Positions 11,764 through 24,528 of a stretch of DNA of 49,531 nucleotides are shown piece after piece. A program made the translations under genes and the position numbers. Source of the DNA: Paraglomus brasilianum (Eukaryota); the NCBI GenBank assembly GCA_910592345.1, contig CAJVPI010000142.1:1-49531 (forward strand), written 5' to 3'. Below the pieces are notes generated by a model, which worked only from the letters and a program-made list of their open reading frames with translations, searched no databases and was not told the DNA's origin. Each line of letters starts with the position of its first letter. Position 1 is the first letter of the stretch.

Positions 11764-12874
11764 CCGTATTTCACGGACTAAAGTGCCCCCCCCAGCATAG
11801 TCATGGAATGTAAAATACCATGGTACTATGATCGGGTTGTTACACGAAATACTTGTAAAGTACCATGGTACAGCGTTTATTATTAAACTTGCTTATTATA
11901 TCACCATATATTCCTCTCTAAACCACCAAGAACGACGCTGTTTACATGTAATACGTGCCTTTCGAATTATTTTTCTCATATTAAAGCAAGCAAAATGTTG
12001 CAAATTTTATTCGTATTCGTAAGATGCAAAATATGTTACAACCAATAAAATATCTACATAGTCCATAGTACAAGTAAAACTCGATAAGCCGAAGTCACGT
12101 TAAGCCGAAGTTTTTTTGATTCCCCAAAATTTTATTATAGCCCAAGCCGAAACTAATTAGTAAATTCGCGTTAAACGATAAGCCGAAGATTTTTGGCTAA
12201 AATAATTTTATCTCGATATACCGAATTAATTACATGAATTTATCTTGATTGGTTCATTCTTAAATTCCATGATCGAATCAGACATACTATTAGCGCAGAA
12301 AATTCCTTTCACATGCCGTTGTAATGTCATAAACGATCGCTTGATTGTTCATAGGCCATTCTCTAACGATCTTCCATTTCGCGCGCGTGGCTTGTATATA
12401 TTTTTACGGGAAAAGTTTCAATTAACTCTTTTATCTGATTAATATTTCAGAATAAACGATCGTGGAGAAAATTCAACAAGTGGCTCTTCAAATGTTATGT
12501 CATTTTAAACGATTCAAGAAATAAAACAGTAAAGAAAAAAGTAAACCGAAAGACGCTGACTGGCCTTGAAAACAATCTCTTTGTATTATTTTTTGCTTCT
12601 GTGTATTAGTGATAGTGAGCTTCAAGTTGATACTACCTTCTTATCTAATCTAAAAAAGTTAAAGAGAACGATTGAGACTAAACAACTGAATGCGTTACAG
12701 CAAACGAGCATTTTATCATTAATAAAGTTTATTTGTAGTGTTATTATAAAAAGCTTGTGTAAACTATATATAAATTAGGCTTATTGCGAAATTTGATAAA
12801 ACGAAAATCTCGATAAGCCGAATAAATTATCGAGTTTCACTTGTACCACTATCCGATTAGTCCGTGAAATACGG
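11764..12874. mobile_element. Non-autonomous pogo/Tc2-like element (about 336 bp of its own sequence) containing a nested insertion
   Basis: Perfect 18-bp TIRs CCGTATTTCACGGACTAA / TTAGTCCGTGAAATACGG, with TA at 11762-63 and 12875-76. Confidence 0.85.
12071..12843 (+). mobile_element. Tigger/pogo-like internal-deletion derivative nested in the previous element
   Basis: 17-bp TIRs CAAGTrAAACTCGATAA (1 mismatch), TA TSD (12069-70, 12844-45) and repeated AAGCCGAA subterminal motifs. A residual peptide LKKLKRTIETKQLNALQQTSILS resembles pogo/Tigger transposase C-termini. Confidence 0.8.
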
Positions 12875-12932
12875 TACTTGGAGTGTAAATAAGAAGATAC
12901 GACTTTTTTTCCGCATGATATCCGCGAATATG

Positions 12933-13447
12933 TGGCCTTCAGGACATTTTTTTCATAACCAGTATTATGCGTATGTCTCCGAATCGTTTCCCGGGAGACA
13001 TCCACACCGTTGTTGGTTACCAAATTTCTTAGGGAAATGGTTGGATCGCGTCATACATACCAAACAATCGTCTTGGATGCGCGTGTTGTGATAATTGATG
13101 GTCGACCAGCACCCTTCTTGTGCTTTATGGTCCCAACTTTCGAAGGTTGTAATAGATAGTTGGGATGGGAATCAGGTAAGAGTATGTATTTCTTTTGCAG
13201 AGCGTACACCTTGGTTCCAATAATGTGAATATAGTTTGGCGTTGTGTCTCAAGGTCGGTTGCAGTCATTTTGGATCAAAAATTCACAGAAGCAAAAAAGT
13301 TAAAAAAGGGATAAGAGTGGATTTGATGTTTACCGCGAATCAATACTTTGTTTTATTTTTTATATGACGCGTTTTGGTTCCAAATTGGTTGAGATATTCG
13401 CGTTTGAATTGCGTTAAATTTATTATCAATAATTTCGTGTCACACTG
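12933..13447 (-). mobile_element. Truncated, degenerate Tc1 element (5' half)
   Basis: Terminus CAGTGTGACACGAAATT (from 13447) with TA at 13448-49. A frameshifted transposase starts at ATG 13268 (ETQRQTI...KHKKGAGRPSIIT...GVDVSRETIRRH..NTGY) and is clearly related to the element at 1-582. Confidence 0.75.
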
Positions 13448-13536
13448 TAATTCTGCAATTAATTACCTTGGATTTCAATCCGGAAAGTTATTCCAACAGC
13501 ATGTCAACACCAACTTCATACTCAATTACATTATCA

Positions 13537-13675
13537 GGAATTTACCTGCCAGGTCGCACAACCCGACACGTCGTACAGTCCATAATATTTCTATTTATGG
13601 AGGAGAAGCCATCTGAGTGTCCAATGAAAGGATGATATTTGACCTGGCAGGTTGTGCGACATGGCAGGTAAATCC
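13537..13675. mobile_element. MITE-like inverted-repeat element, about 139 bp
   Basis: About 26-bp TIRs GG(A)ATTTACCTGCCAkGTCGCACAACC. The flanks CATTATCA / GATTATCT resemble a degenerate 8-bp TSD (6/8 identical). Confidence 0.7.
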
Positions 13676-13925
13676 GATTATCTCAATTACGCGATTTGAA
13701 TAATTCAATGAATCAATGAATGACGTTGTCATTGGAGTCGATACAAGAGTGGATATTGTCATTGGCATAACAAGACACTGATTTTTGGACATTATGAAAG
13801 CATGCGTTGGATTTGGCATTTCATTGATACTATGAATATGTTTTATTGTTCGATGAACAACGTTAATTATTATGTACACTAAATCTAATATTATACATAG
13901 TAATAATGATGATATAAGAAAACAT

Positions 13926-16900
13926 TTAATTTATAACAGGTGCCTTTTTGCTAAACACAAATATCATATCATCTTCTCTCAATGTGACGTTATACTTGGG
14001 ACACGTATGCACATATCGCAATTCCTTCATAGTCCTAGAAGCACACTTCACCACAGTATGCCTATACAACCCCAACGGGACGGCCTTCTTTTCCTCTAAC
14101 ATATATTTAACCAATGATCCATACTCGTATCCTACGTATGATCCAGGAATGGCGACCTGGAACAAGTGAGAATGTGCAAGTGCAGGACACATAGCACCCG
14201 ACGGCAAATGAAGGGGAGGAGCACCAAATAGCATTTGATTGATTGTCGCTACCAAGTGAGGTTGATAGAACGATTGGCAGATTATACTGTCAAGCATTGA
14301 AGGCGAGAAGCAAGTCCCTTGCATAAATGCTGGCGAGTGATGAGCTGGAGAGGCATAAAATGGAAATAATGTTTACAGTAAATTACATTGGAAGCAATAC
14401 AATATATCACGCAATGTACCCATTTTCATACGAACCTTTTAGGTGCTTCTCAATGGCTTGCGAGTCTTCAGACATAAATTTCATGTTATCAGTGTGAACA
14501 AACTCTACAAATATATCAATATCATTTTGACACATCGCTTTGATATTTAAGAATACAAGCATTGCGGGTGCATCTTCGATCTTTTCTCCGTCATTTCTAT
14601 TAATCAGATGGAAAAGTCAGATATTAGCATGCACAAAAATCAGAGATATAGATTTAACGTCTCCACTATACTCACTTGAGGATTCTTGTGGAATCGCTCA
14701 GAATAACCTAATACATAAATAAAACATCAGTGTTATATTTACTAATTATATATTGCCGTCTCAGCCCCTTTTATCAATACGTACCGCTTGTTTAGCATAT
14801 CTTACTCTTGCGCAGTCCAACCCTTCTCTTGTCATTGGGTTTCCTTGAACAATATACACTTGATCAAACTGACTCAATATCCTCCATTGACTAGTAGACG
14901 GCCTTGCTAGAGACAGAATAACCACTGGTATTGTTCTTTCCAAATGCGACATCCTTAATGGACTAACAAAACAATCTAAATTTCTTGGAAAAGTGGTCGA
15001 GTAATCACACAAGATGATGTGATCAATAATATTCTCTAGAACGGGGATCACATGTTCATTATCGGGTAGATGAGATGACCCGACATCATATTCATTAGCA
15101 TGCGAGTGTGATTTCTGATGTCCATGATGATGGTGATGATGTTCAGCACCATGATCAGTTGATAACGCGAGTGGAGTAGATAGCGCACGCTGTCGTCTCG
15201 CACTTGAAACCGATTCCGGTTTATGAGGGTATTCCATATGATCAGGTGAAGGAGTACGGGGAATCTGGTCTCTCACTTTTCTTATTGTCCCGAAATAATC
15301 ACCACCGCCGTTATTCTTCAACATATCTACAGACAACAACGGCTGTCGTTCTGACGGCGGGGGCCCTATTATTGAGTGCCGAGATTGCGTTTGTGGATAC
15401 TGTTCCTCAAATGTAGAAATACTCTCGATTGCAGTTGCATTCGAGGCAATAACAAATGCAATTTCATCGCCTTTTACTACGTAGTCACCGGGGTTAATAA
15501 GAACTGTATAGTTCCTAAAGTCGTTATCATCTTCGTCTCCATCATACAGCCAATGAGATGCACATTTGCCGATCGAGCGTTTTTTTGGAATGCCAATTGC
15601 AAAGAGGACTACGCCTAAGGCTTCATACAGGCGACCTAAGATTAAATAATACCACCAATACTGATCAGCGCCTGCAGTCACAATATAATAAGGTTTACCA
15701 ATAGATATAAGTTACCAGCAACAGCAAGAAAACCAGTTCCGGAGAAATGGTCGGACATTGTTGTCGTGTAAATAGACTGCGAAAGGCCATCGAGATAATC
15801 TTCTATCACGTCATAATCCAATTTACTATTTTCTTTGGAAACTCTCATTTCATCGTCAGTCTCGTGAGCAAACGATGTGGTAAGACCGTACAGGATAGTG
15901 GAGAAACCCGGAGTTAGACATGAATGCGCGAGAATAGCAAGTTTAAGCTCATCTGTGCATATGATCTGTTCAGGATCTATTCATTTGATTGAATTAATTA
16001 CGATTACTGGATAATACATTGCAATTGAACATGAATCGTCAACATCGAGCTTACTTAAGCTTTCAAAATGAATTTTATTTTCAGGCAGTATGCATTGTAT
16101 GTACAACTTTGGACCTTCATCGTACTTTCTTAATGCCTTTTTTAATGCACAAAAAAAAAAGAATAAAGCGTTTGGTTCAATTATATACAACTCATTCACG
16201 CCACACGCTTTCGTTTTCAGTACTCACCATTGCTTTTAACACATTCTCCGCATCAATAGCCTCACTCTGTTGAGTGTATTTCTTAGCAAGAATGAAATAA
16301 GCCGACGCTTGCTTTGCTCGAGTTTTCACAAGACTTCGTGACTCGAGTGAGCTTCCACGAATATACTGAACACGGTGGGCGTACACCGGATCTGACAAAA
16401 AGGTTTCCACACGTTCAGTCGGATCTGCTGGATTCAGAATGACCACCTAAAAAAATATGCGAGCAATATACAACATGATGAATTCTTGAGACGTATCCGG
16501 GCTGCGTATCATAGAAGAAATTTTAATACCTTGGTGTTGATCGTAACTGGTCCGTGTGCAAGTGAATAGAACTCTTTCAGAAAATGTTTGAGAGAAGGAA
16601 GTTCAATTGTCGGCGTTATAATAATAACGTGGGGCTGTAGCGATATCTTGCGAAATGCTTTATCAAATGGTGACTTTGAATGCACCAAGATGAAAATTTT
16701 AGAAATCGAATACTGGATAAGGATATGGAAAAGATGGTCAATAATAGCTCAGCTACATCGTTTTGCTCCATTTTCAGACATTCATTGAAACTTAGTACTC
16801 ACTGGAATAAATATAAGACCCATCGCGAATATACAGAGCAGCATCAACCGAGGAACAGGACCATGTGGTACTATATCATTTAGATAACCAACGGTGCCCA

Positions 16901-17801
16901 ACATGATAGTGGTAAAGAAAACAGCTACGGGAGATGAGGCATTAATTAGAAGAGAAGATTATTATGAAATTATAACGACTATAATACATGACTAGAATAC
17001 CATCAAGAAAGGTAATTGGTTCATCCTGTCGTTAAATGTAGAAATCAATATTAATACTATTGTTAATCAAACGACAACCAGATCGGAAGAAAATCGCATT
17101 CTCACCTGGTATACAAATTCTACCCCATGTAGCAACGAGGAACCAGTCAACACCAGAAAAAGTATAGAGCTACCAAATATTGCCACTTTACTAGTAACTT
17201 GTCCTATATGCAATACCGACTTCTCGCTCCTCACGAGACAATCATACACAGAAAAATAGCACCGTATGAAACGAAAGGGATAGAAGAACACTAACTCAGG
17301 GGCATCTGCAAAGTTAGCGTCTCGTACGAGTACGACTGTAGGAAATACAGCCAGAACGGTAAGGATTGGCGACAAGCAAGTGAATAAAGACCGCCAGGAA
17401 GTAAATTCGGTTATGTAGAATTTTGGAGTATACTGTATGACTAACAACATAGCCACGACAAATTCGAGCCAAACTCTGCCCGGCGGGACAGTTGTTTTCA
17501 ATAGACTGGTGTTGGACACGTATATCAAGCAAAGGGCAATGTTGAGAAATGCATCAAAGAGTTTCCAGATACTGCCAAGTGAAGAGGTATCTAATCGCAC
17601 GGCTAGTTCTTCCCGCCACATGGGCTGACATACCGGCTGATAGATAGGTTGCTTCAGCGTAAAGTCCATTGAAGAAAGAGACCGAGACCGAGACCTCATA
17701 GGAGCACGCTTCACAGGGACCGATTTGTCCTTCTTTGGAGGGGGGGCAAAGGTGACATGTGGTTTAGTGGGTTCAGAGGTTGATGCGGGGTGTGCTGACA
17801 T
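13926..17801 (-). CDS. Slo/BK-family (6TM + tandem RCK) cation channel with an atypical selectivity filter; multi-exon
   Basis: Exon 1 (17801-17106) has TM helices and the S4-like PFRFIR. A 25-nt exon (17025-17001) plus exon 16924-16803 give pore region FLDAVFFTTIMLGTVGYLNDIVP. RCK motifs include HFLKEFY, VQYIRGSSL..L.K...KQASAYFILA, HIILCD, VQGNPMTREGL, and SPAFMQGTCFSPSMLDSIICQSFY; the C-terminus is LREDDMIFVF. Confidence 0.9.
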
Positions 17802-18849
17802 TAGTTTTAAATACGGAAGTGAATTTTTTCTGCACTGAATTGCGAGAAACACACGTGCAAGCTTGTGCTGATGAGAATAAAGAGGTCACTTTGTGCAATA
17901 ACGAGTTTAAAAATTTTGAGCACGCGCGAGCCGAGTGAGAAGAATTAGAAGCACACCCCGATTTACTATGTAATACGCTTTCTTATTATAGTATCGCGAT
18001 GCAGTTTCATCCAATAACCGTGTGTTTGGGCATAGAAGTTACACGGCTTATTCTCCAATTTTGCAAAGCCTTGTAATACGTGATTGAAGAACGGCGTCAA
18101 ACATTATCAACGTTACGCAAGCTGGGGTTGTTGTAGTATAAACGATTGATACGCAAGAAGATTGATTGATAAAGGGAATTGCAATGGCATCTTGTCAAAT
18201 CGTGATTCGTTCAGTTCAGGATATTTTGCCTGTTTGAATTCGCATTTTCCAGTTGTAAACGCTGCACGCCCTGATAATCGCCAATGATAAACTTGATATT
18301 AACCTGTTTTTTGGCATTGTATGTGAGGACCATATTCGTTAGGATCAGAGGATCTAAAAATATCCATGATCAACAAGGGTATTCATAATGAGTTGGAATA
18401 TACGGTTTAGTAAAAGCTAAAGTGTTGAGAAATAGAAACAATCGATAATAATAATAATCAGATTTTTTTTATTGTAATAAACAGCATAACAATCATATGC
18501 GTATTATCGTATTCGCTATAGCTTATGGCTTCTTAGCTCTATCAATCAAATGCTGAGAATGACAAAGAATACCCAGTCTATTTTAACTCAGTCTACTTTA
18601 AGTGAAGGTCATGTCTCTTGGCATTGATTTAGTTAAGTTGTATTGATTAATATTAATTATAATGCTTTTCAGATACTTTTTCACGTGATGTGGCTAAAGA
18701 AGGAAAATTTATAGACTAGTTGAGTGGGGATGATTGTATTAGTAATGAAACATCGATTTAACGCTTTTACTTTACTGTAGTCAATTGCTGTATATATTAA
18801 TATGTATTCGGTTATTATTAACTCTCGAGAGAAATTAAGATTTACGCTA

Positions 18850-19977
18850 CAGTCCCCCCGAAAAGTATTGGCGGGGCGTTTTTTTATAGTCTATATCGTA
18901 TTTAGGTAGAGTATATACCAGTAAAATTTCAGTATTCAGTATGCCCTCCTTCTGCTTCAATGCAGGCAATGCAGGCTTGAATGCGATCTGGTATACTGGT
19001 AATACATGTAAGAACTACCTATAATAAAAACAGCTTGCGATACTTTTCTTTTTTTTGCCACCATTGCTTTGTCTTTTTTCTCTATATTCCGCTTGAGAAT
19101 TGCCCAAATATTCTCAATTGGGTTGAGATCTGGGCTATATGCCAAGACCTGGCAACTTCAATTCAAGATCTGCACGAACATCTTTTGGGATCATTGTCCT
19201 GCTGGAAAATTCAGCGTTGATTCCCACACATATTGAATGTCGGTCCATATTCTCCACAAATGTGTACAATCCCCTTTCCCACGTGCACAAATTGCTCCCC
19301 ACAAATGGAGTTTAAATGGATGGTTTACCATTGGTGAATAGGTTTTTTTGATCTTGACCAAGCTAGGCAAGTATTCCGGAACATCTGCAAAGTTGTTTCA
19401 TCAGAGAATACTACTTTGCGCCAGTTATAATGAGAGTGACTCTGGGCCCATTCTAACCGGTTTTGCTTGGCTTGTTCAGTAAGAAGTGGAACACATCTTG
19501 GCAAAGCAGCAGTATAACCAAGTCTAAAACATTTGTCACTTCAAAATCTGGGTGAGCTGAGCATTAATTTCAGCTGCTGTAACAAAATGATTCGAATTTA
19601 CGATTCTACCGATCTGGCGACGCATTTGAGGAGAAATTTTACGTGGCGACCAGAGCGGTGAATATCTGAAAATTTGCCATTTTTACAAAGCTTGGCTACA
19701 TATCGTTCAATGGAGCGAAGAGGGACGTTGGTTTTTCGAGAAATTTCTGTTGGGCTTCGGTAGCCTTGCTTCGTAAATTCTTAACTTCTTTACGGTTTAT
19801 TTTTATAGAATTTTCTTTCATTTGCGAAAATAATACGCTTTATCGATCAATGTGTTTAAACAAAAAACAATAATACGGAACTCTACGCGTATACTGGTAG
19901 TGACTTAATATGCTTTAGTGGCAGCTGATGTATCATAAAATGAGTTACATGGTGAAATAAACACTTTCGGGGGACTG
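18850..19977 (-). mobile_element. Full-length but decayed Tc1 transposon with a pseudogenised DDE transposase
   Basis: TIRs CAGTCCCCC(C)GAAA(A)GT with TA on both sides (18848-49, 19978-79). The relic ORF (about 19821 to 18915) contains WAQSHSHYNWRKVVFSDET and SPDLNPIENIWAILKR, broken by frameshifts and deletions. Confidence 0.92.
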
Positions 19978-21926
19978 TAAATAGACACCGATTCTTCTAC
20001 AAGCGCATCACTATTTTGCACGTGACAAACGAAAATAATTTTTTATCTTTCCGCTACAGAATTTACCAACTCTTTGCACGTCATACTTCTTCGACGGTTA
20101 CAATTTTTGTTTGTTTACAAGACACATCTGATCTAACTATTACTATGACCCAAAAAAAATCATACTTTTGTCTCTGTTTATGAGTTTCCTCTTCTGGTTG
20201 TAATAATCAAAATAAGAATAAGAGACTCAATATTCTACTTTATTACGGGGAAAAAATCCTTACAAAAATTTTGCATTTGTTTCCATAGTATGTCGAATGT
20301 GACATAAGATAACTGAGCGCGTTCGTTATACAATAAACTATAGAACGAATGCTTTTGAGCATGATTGGCTTTATTTTTAAACAGTATAATTTGCAATTAT
20401 AATGCCAACTTTACAAGCCCATAATAACAAATTGTTAGCAAACAAATTTCCTCAAGCTGTCTAAAGTAATGAAACGGCAAACCCTCCGAATAAATATTAA
20501 CAAAGTAAAATTAAAATGCGTCGCTACTTGGTAGATGAATGGTCATTGCATAAACAAATTATCCCTGGAGAACAAACCCAAGATAAAAAAAAATTAACGA
20601 TAGAGTGATAAGAAAAGAAGAGATACTGTATGTAAACAATAAAGATACGAAAAATTAAATTAAAGAAACTAATATTTATGTTAATATCAGTGTACAAAAA
20701 ATGTGAATATAGACTGCGTCAAAGTGACCAAAGCAATAGTTATATTCATCAATGGCTTTAAATCCGAGTAATTGCCTTCCATACAATTATTCTGACCAGA
20801 AATCGAGTGCGTCTGAATGAAACATCTATTGATATTAAGTTTCTCAGAATAATAATAATAACGGGAATTTTTTTATATAACATTGTCAACTGACTGAATA
20901 TAAACATTATTGTGAGACCATTAGTAGCGTTTTTTAGTAACAAATATAAGCAAGAAACTTATTTATCTAATATGTAATAACTCTAGAATAAACCGAAACA
21001 CCCAGTTATGACCACGATTGCATATCAATATACAGATGTAAATGTCATTACCTTTTTGCACCTTCAAGATTCTGCGATAACGCGCATATAAACCTCTCAT
21101 ATTTTTTGATTAGTAATTTCTGCTGATCTCTAGTCGTAAATATACGATGTCAGTAACAAAATGAGAAATACTCTATTTGCGATTACATACCGGTTGCATT
21201 TATTATCCTCTAGTTTTGTTGTATCTACGGAAGTATTCTTTCTAAAAATGTTGCTCAAAGTTAATATTTAATAAATTATTTCCATATAATCAGCTATGCT
21301 GTCATAGATTGAACGTTAAAATTCGAGTCTGAAAAATTGTTCGTGTATAGTTTTTCCATCATATTAATATCTCGAGTTTCATGGAATCGTGCTTGCAACA
21401 ATTACAATCTATCAACCATTGTTTAAATCTCTCAAGGGTTTCTTCGTACGTCCTGCTATACAAATTGCAACAAGGTTCGATCGCATTTGATAATAGTTAT
21501 CACGCATTTCATTGAACGACGCGTCAACTTTAATAGTTTAAATCGTTAAAGACAGGCTTCACAAGTATAATCTTGTGGTCGACTTTCTCGGATTTGTCAG
21601 CATCATTACACATACTGTTGAGAATTGCTATCTAAGAGATAGTTCAAGCAATTGTTGAAGTATTCACAACCTATGCACATTTTACATGCGATTCATAACA
21701 CGAATCATGCCTTAAAAAACTCGCCATATTAGCACTTTCATCCGACATCCCTTTTGTCTTTTCGCGTGGTTCTGTAAAAGGCATAGCAAGCCGTTGTTGT
21801 ATCACCCGCTCTAATCAAGTGCAGTATTTTTTGATTTCCTGCAATTTGTAGATCTGATGTATATAAACACCGTCTCCGCACTGCTGTCTAATTTTTTCTG
21901 ATGCGAGTTATATTCAAATACATAAT

Positions 21927-22828
21927 ATGGGTGAAGATCAGAATGCACAAGCAAACGCTGATGAGCAAAACCCAGTTAAATTCACTCAAAAAGTTGTTGA
22001 ACAGGGACATGTTCCTTCACAATACATATTTAGCCAGTCCGTACACAATGGTTCAATCTTGGAAATACCAAACAACTTTGGGGACATTATGACCACGAAG
22101 GACACCATCCTTCATCTTCCGGAAGGATTCTCGGGCCTCGAAAGAATCTGCTTGGCTGCCAACGGGAATTTACAAAGAATTCTTAGGTTTTCTTTTATTC
22201 AAGCAATTAATAATTTCGTTGTATTCAATTTGTCTATATACCATTCATACTAAAATAACACATCAAAATAGTGCATGGTTTAATGGCGCAGTTACGGTAC
22301 AGATAGTTCGCAACATTCCGACGTCGACAGATTTGTCTAATATAGGGACTAACCGAAACGGAACTATTCTGCGCAGATATAATAGAGAGGTAAATCTGTG
22401 CTGCAAGGGGAAAGTACTATGCAACGCAACCAGTGATGTTGTGATAAGTGACAACAAAGTGGTTGATCTGATTGAAAACGAGGGCGTCGGTATTGGCCAA
22501 TTATTCCGGTAAGGGGGTGTGGGAGAGAAAACATTTCTTGCTGGCCTGTAAACAAAAGCGTGGCTTACAATTCTTTCTACCATTATCAAGTTATCTCGGT
22601 AAATTACCCACCTTTGACTTGCATTTCGTCGGGCGAACCTCTTTAACATGGTGGAGATTGTACACGTTACGTATAGCTGGTGTTTCTTGTCGTATAAAAG
22701 AGGTATTCCCTAACGGAATGTTTACATCTGGATGGATTGATTCCTCTCAAACTGGACTTACTCGTGCGGACATTGAGACAGTAGAAAATGAAACCATCTG
22801 GCCGTCTTCGTCGATTGAAATTTTTTGA
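21927..22828 (+). CDS. Chorismate-pyruvate-lyase-like (UbiC/Rv2949c-fold) protein, 244 aa, 3 exons
   Basis: Exons 21927-22186, 22272-22508 and 22591-22828 join in frame (735 nt). The motifs LERICLAANGNLQRILSAWF, YNREVNL, LCNATS and GVGIGQLFR..WRLYTL...IKEVFP parallel the chorismate lyase pattern (dGsltr.L / R.V.L / A.S / piG.l / R.y.l / i.E.F). Confidence 0.7.
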
Positions 22829-24528
22829 TTATAAACATTGTCAGAGATTTTAAGAAAGATCAAGTGAAAGTGGCCGAATTGTCTAATAACATTGTTGCAT
22901 TTGGTCGCTTGAATATTTTCCCACTGGCGAGATATGATGCTTGGTACCGCATGCATACTGTCGAATACCCGACTTCCTTTCACACGATTTCCATGCAAGA
23001 GATTGTTGCACGGCATCAATATCCAGTTATTTATCAGGTGTGTTGAGAGTTAGCAGTCATGTCTCTCATATTTTAATTGATAATCCCACTTGAGAAGCCC
23101 AAGCCCATCCATGCAGGTTATTAGGAACGGAAATATGTGTAATGTATAATAATTTACGTTCGGAGCTCCGGAATACTTGTATGACTCTTAATAGTGTGCT
23201 TTGATGAATTGAGCTCATTGTTGGCAAGAGTTGCTTGTGTGAACGACGTCTACTATTGGTATGATGTAATAAAAAAATTTTTTTTTTAATCTATCGATAC
23301 GAAGACTGATTATCAGAATAATTAAATTGCCTTACGAATTTGGTTTAGCAGTTTAAATGACACCATTAAATCATCCCGTTATAAAGACTTGTTTATTCGT
23401 TCGATAGCAAAACTATCGTTATTTATAATGCATGAATAGAATACACCGTTTGTATATATCGGACTCTGACTATAAGATGTTAATGTCCATTGTCTGACCA
23501 AATTAACGCTGCCTCCCATTGCGTCATTGGGTTTAAGTGTGATGCAAAAATTTCGAACAACGCGTATCATCCGCACATGTCTCACATTCTCTCGAGTATT
23601 TATTCACACATTACATTGTTATCCCATTTATTATAAATCTCCTTTGCACATCACACTACATAATAATCTTCGAACCTTGATAAGCTATTCATGTATACGT
23701 TATCGTGCATTGCCTATCGTGCATTGCTTATAACAATCAGTGTAACTCGACAAAGTTATGTATATCAAAATTGGGAGAAATACTCGAGCAAATACCACCA
23801 ACTAGCCGACAAAAGGTCATTGCGCTCGTGGCCAATTCCAATGTAATAACACAAGTTCCCTCACTTACAAGATGACTAATTACCAATTTAGCATCTCGCA
23901 AATGAGCGTGCAATTCACATGAACAGACTAATACGCCATGAAGCATAATTATTAATAGCGCGGCACCTAACAAGCCATCAAGCAACAACAATAGAAGAGA
24001 ATAGCAAAATTGATTTATACTGTGTACTCTTTTATTGATGTGGTTCACATGTATGAAGAAGCATTAATTCTCAAGAAATATTTAAGACTTATAAGTCTTT
24101 CATCGTAGTACGAATCGTATTAAGGGCATCATAAATGGTCGGCAAGCTTCGCTCCAGACACTCTATTATATTTACGCCAAACGTTTGTGTCACGTTCGTA
24201 CCACCCCCCTACTGGTTTATTATGATAACTGATTGTTTAATATCACTCTGATTGGTTGTTCGAGTCTTCCGCCTAAGCAATTATTGGAAAGTATTTAGCC
24301 GATTTTTGGGGGTAATGCATATTTGTTGGGGCAATTACAGCTCAGCCTTACCGCTCGTACAACATTGGAAGAGATAGATCTCTCATGGCTTCCTCCTTAG
24401 CATAGAAAAATTACAAGCTATATGTACTGCGCCACATCGACTTTATAAAAGGGATGTATGATTCTTGACTTTTCTGCAACTTTGAACTCAACATAACTGA
24501 CGCTTGGGTCGTACTGACACCAACATTA

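Noticed and set aside
20950..21700. Decayed coding-like sequence on the minus strand
   Set aside because: Fragmented frames with no identifiable homology.
22830..24050. Short ORFs between the chorismate-lyase-like and ZMIZ1-like genes, and possible snoRNA boxes
   Set aside because: No motif, no coherent exon chain, and no rRNA complementarity recognised.
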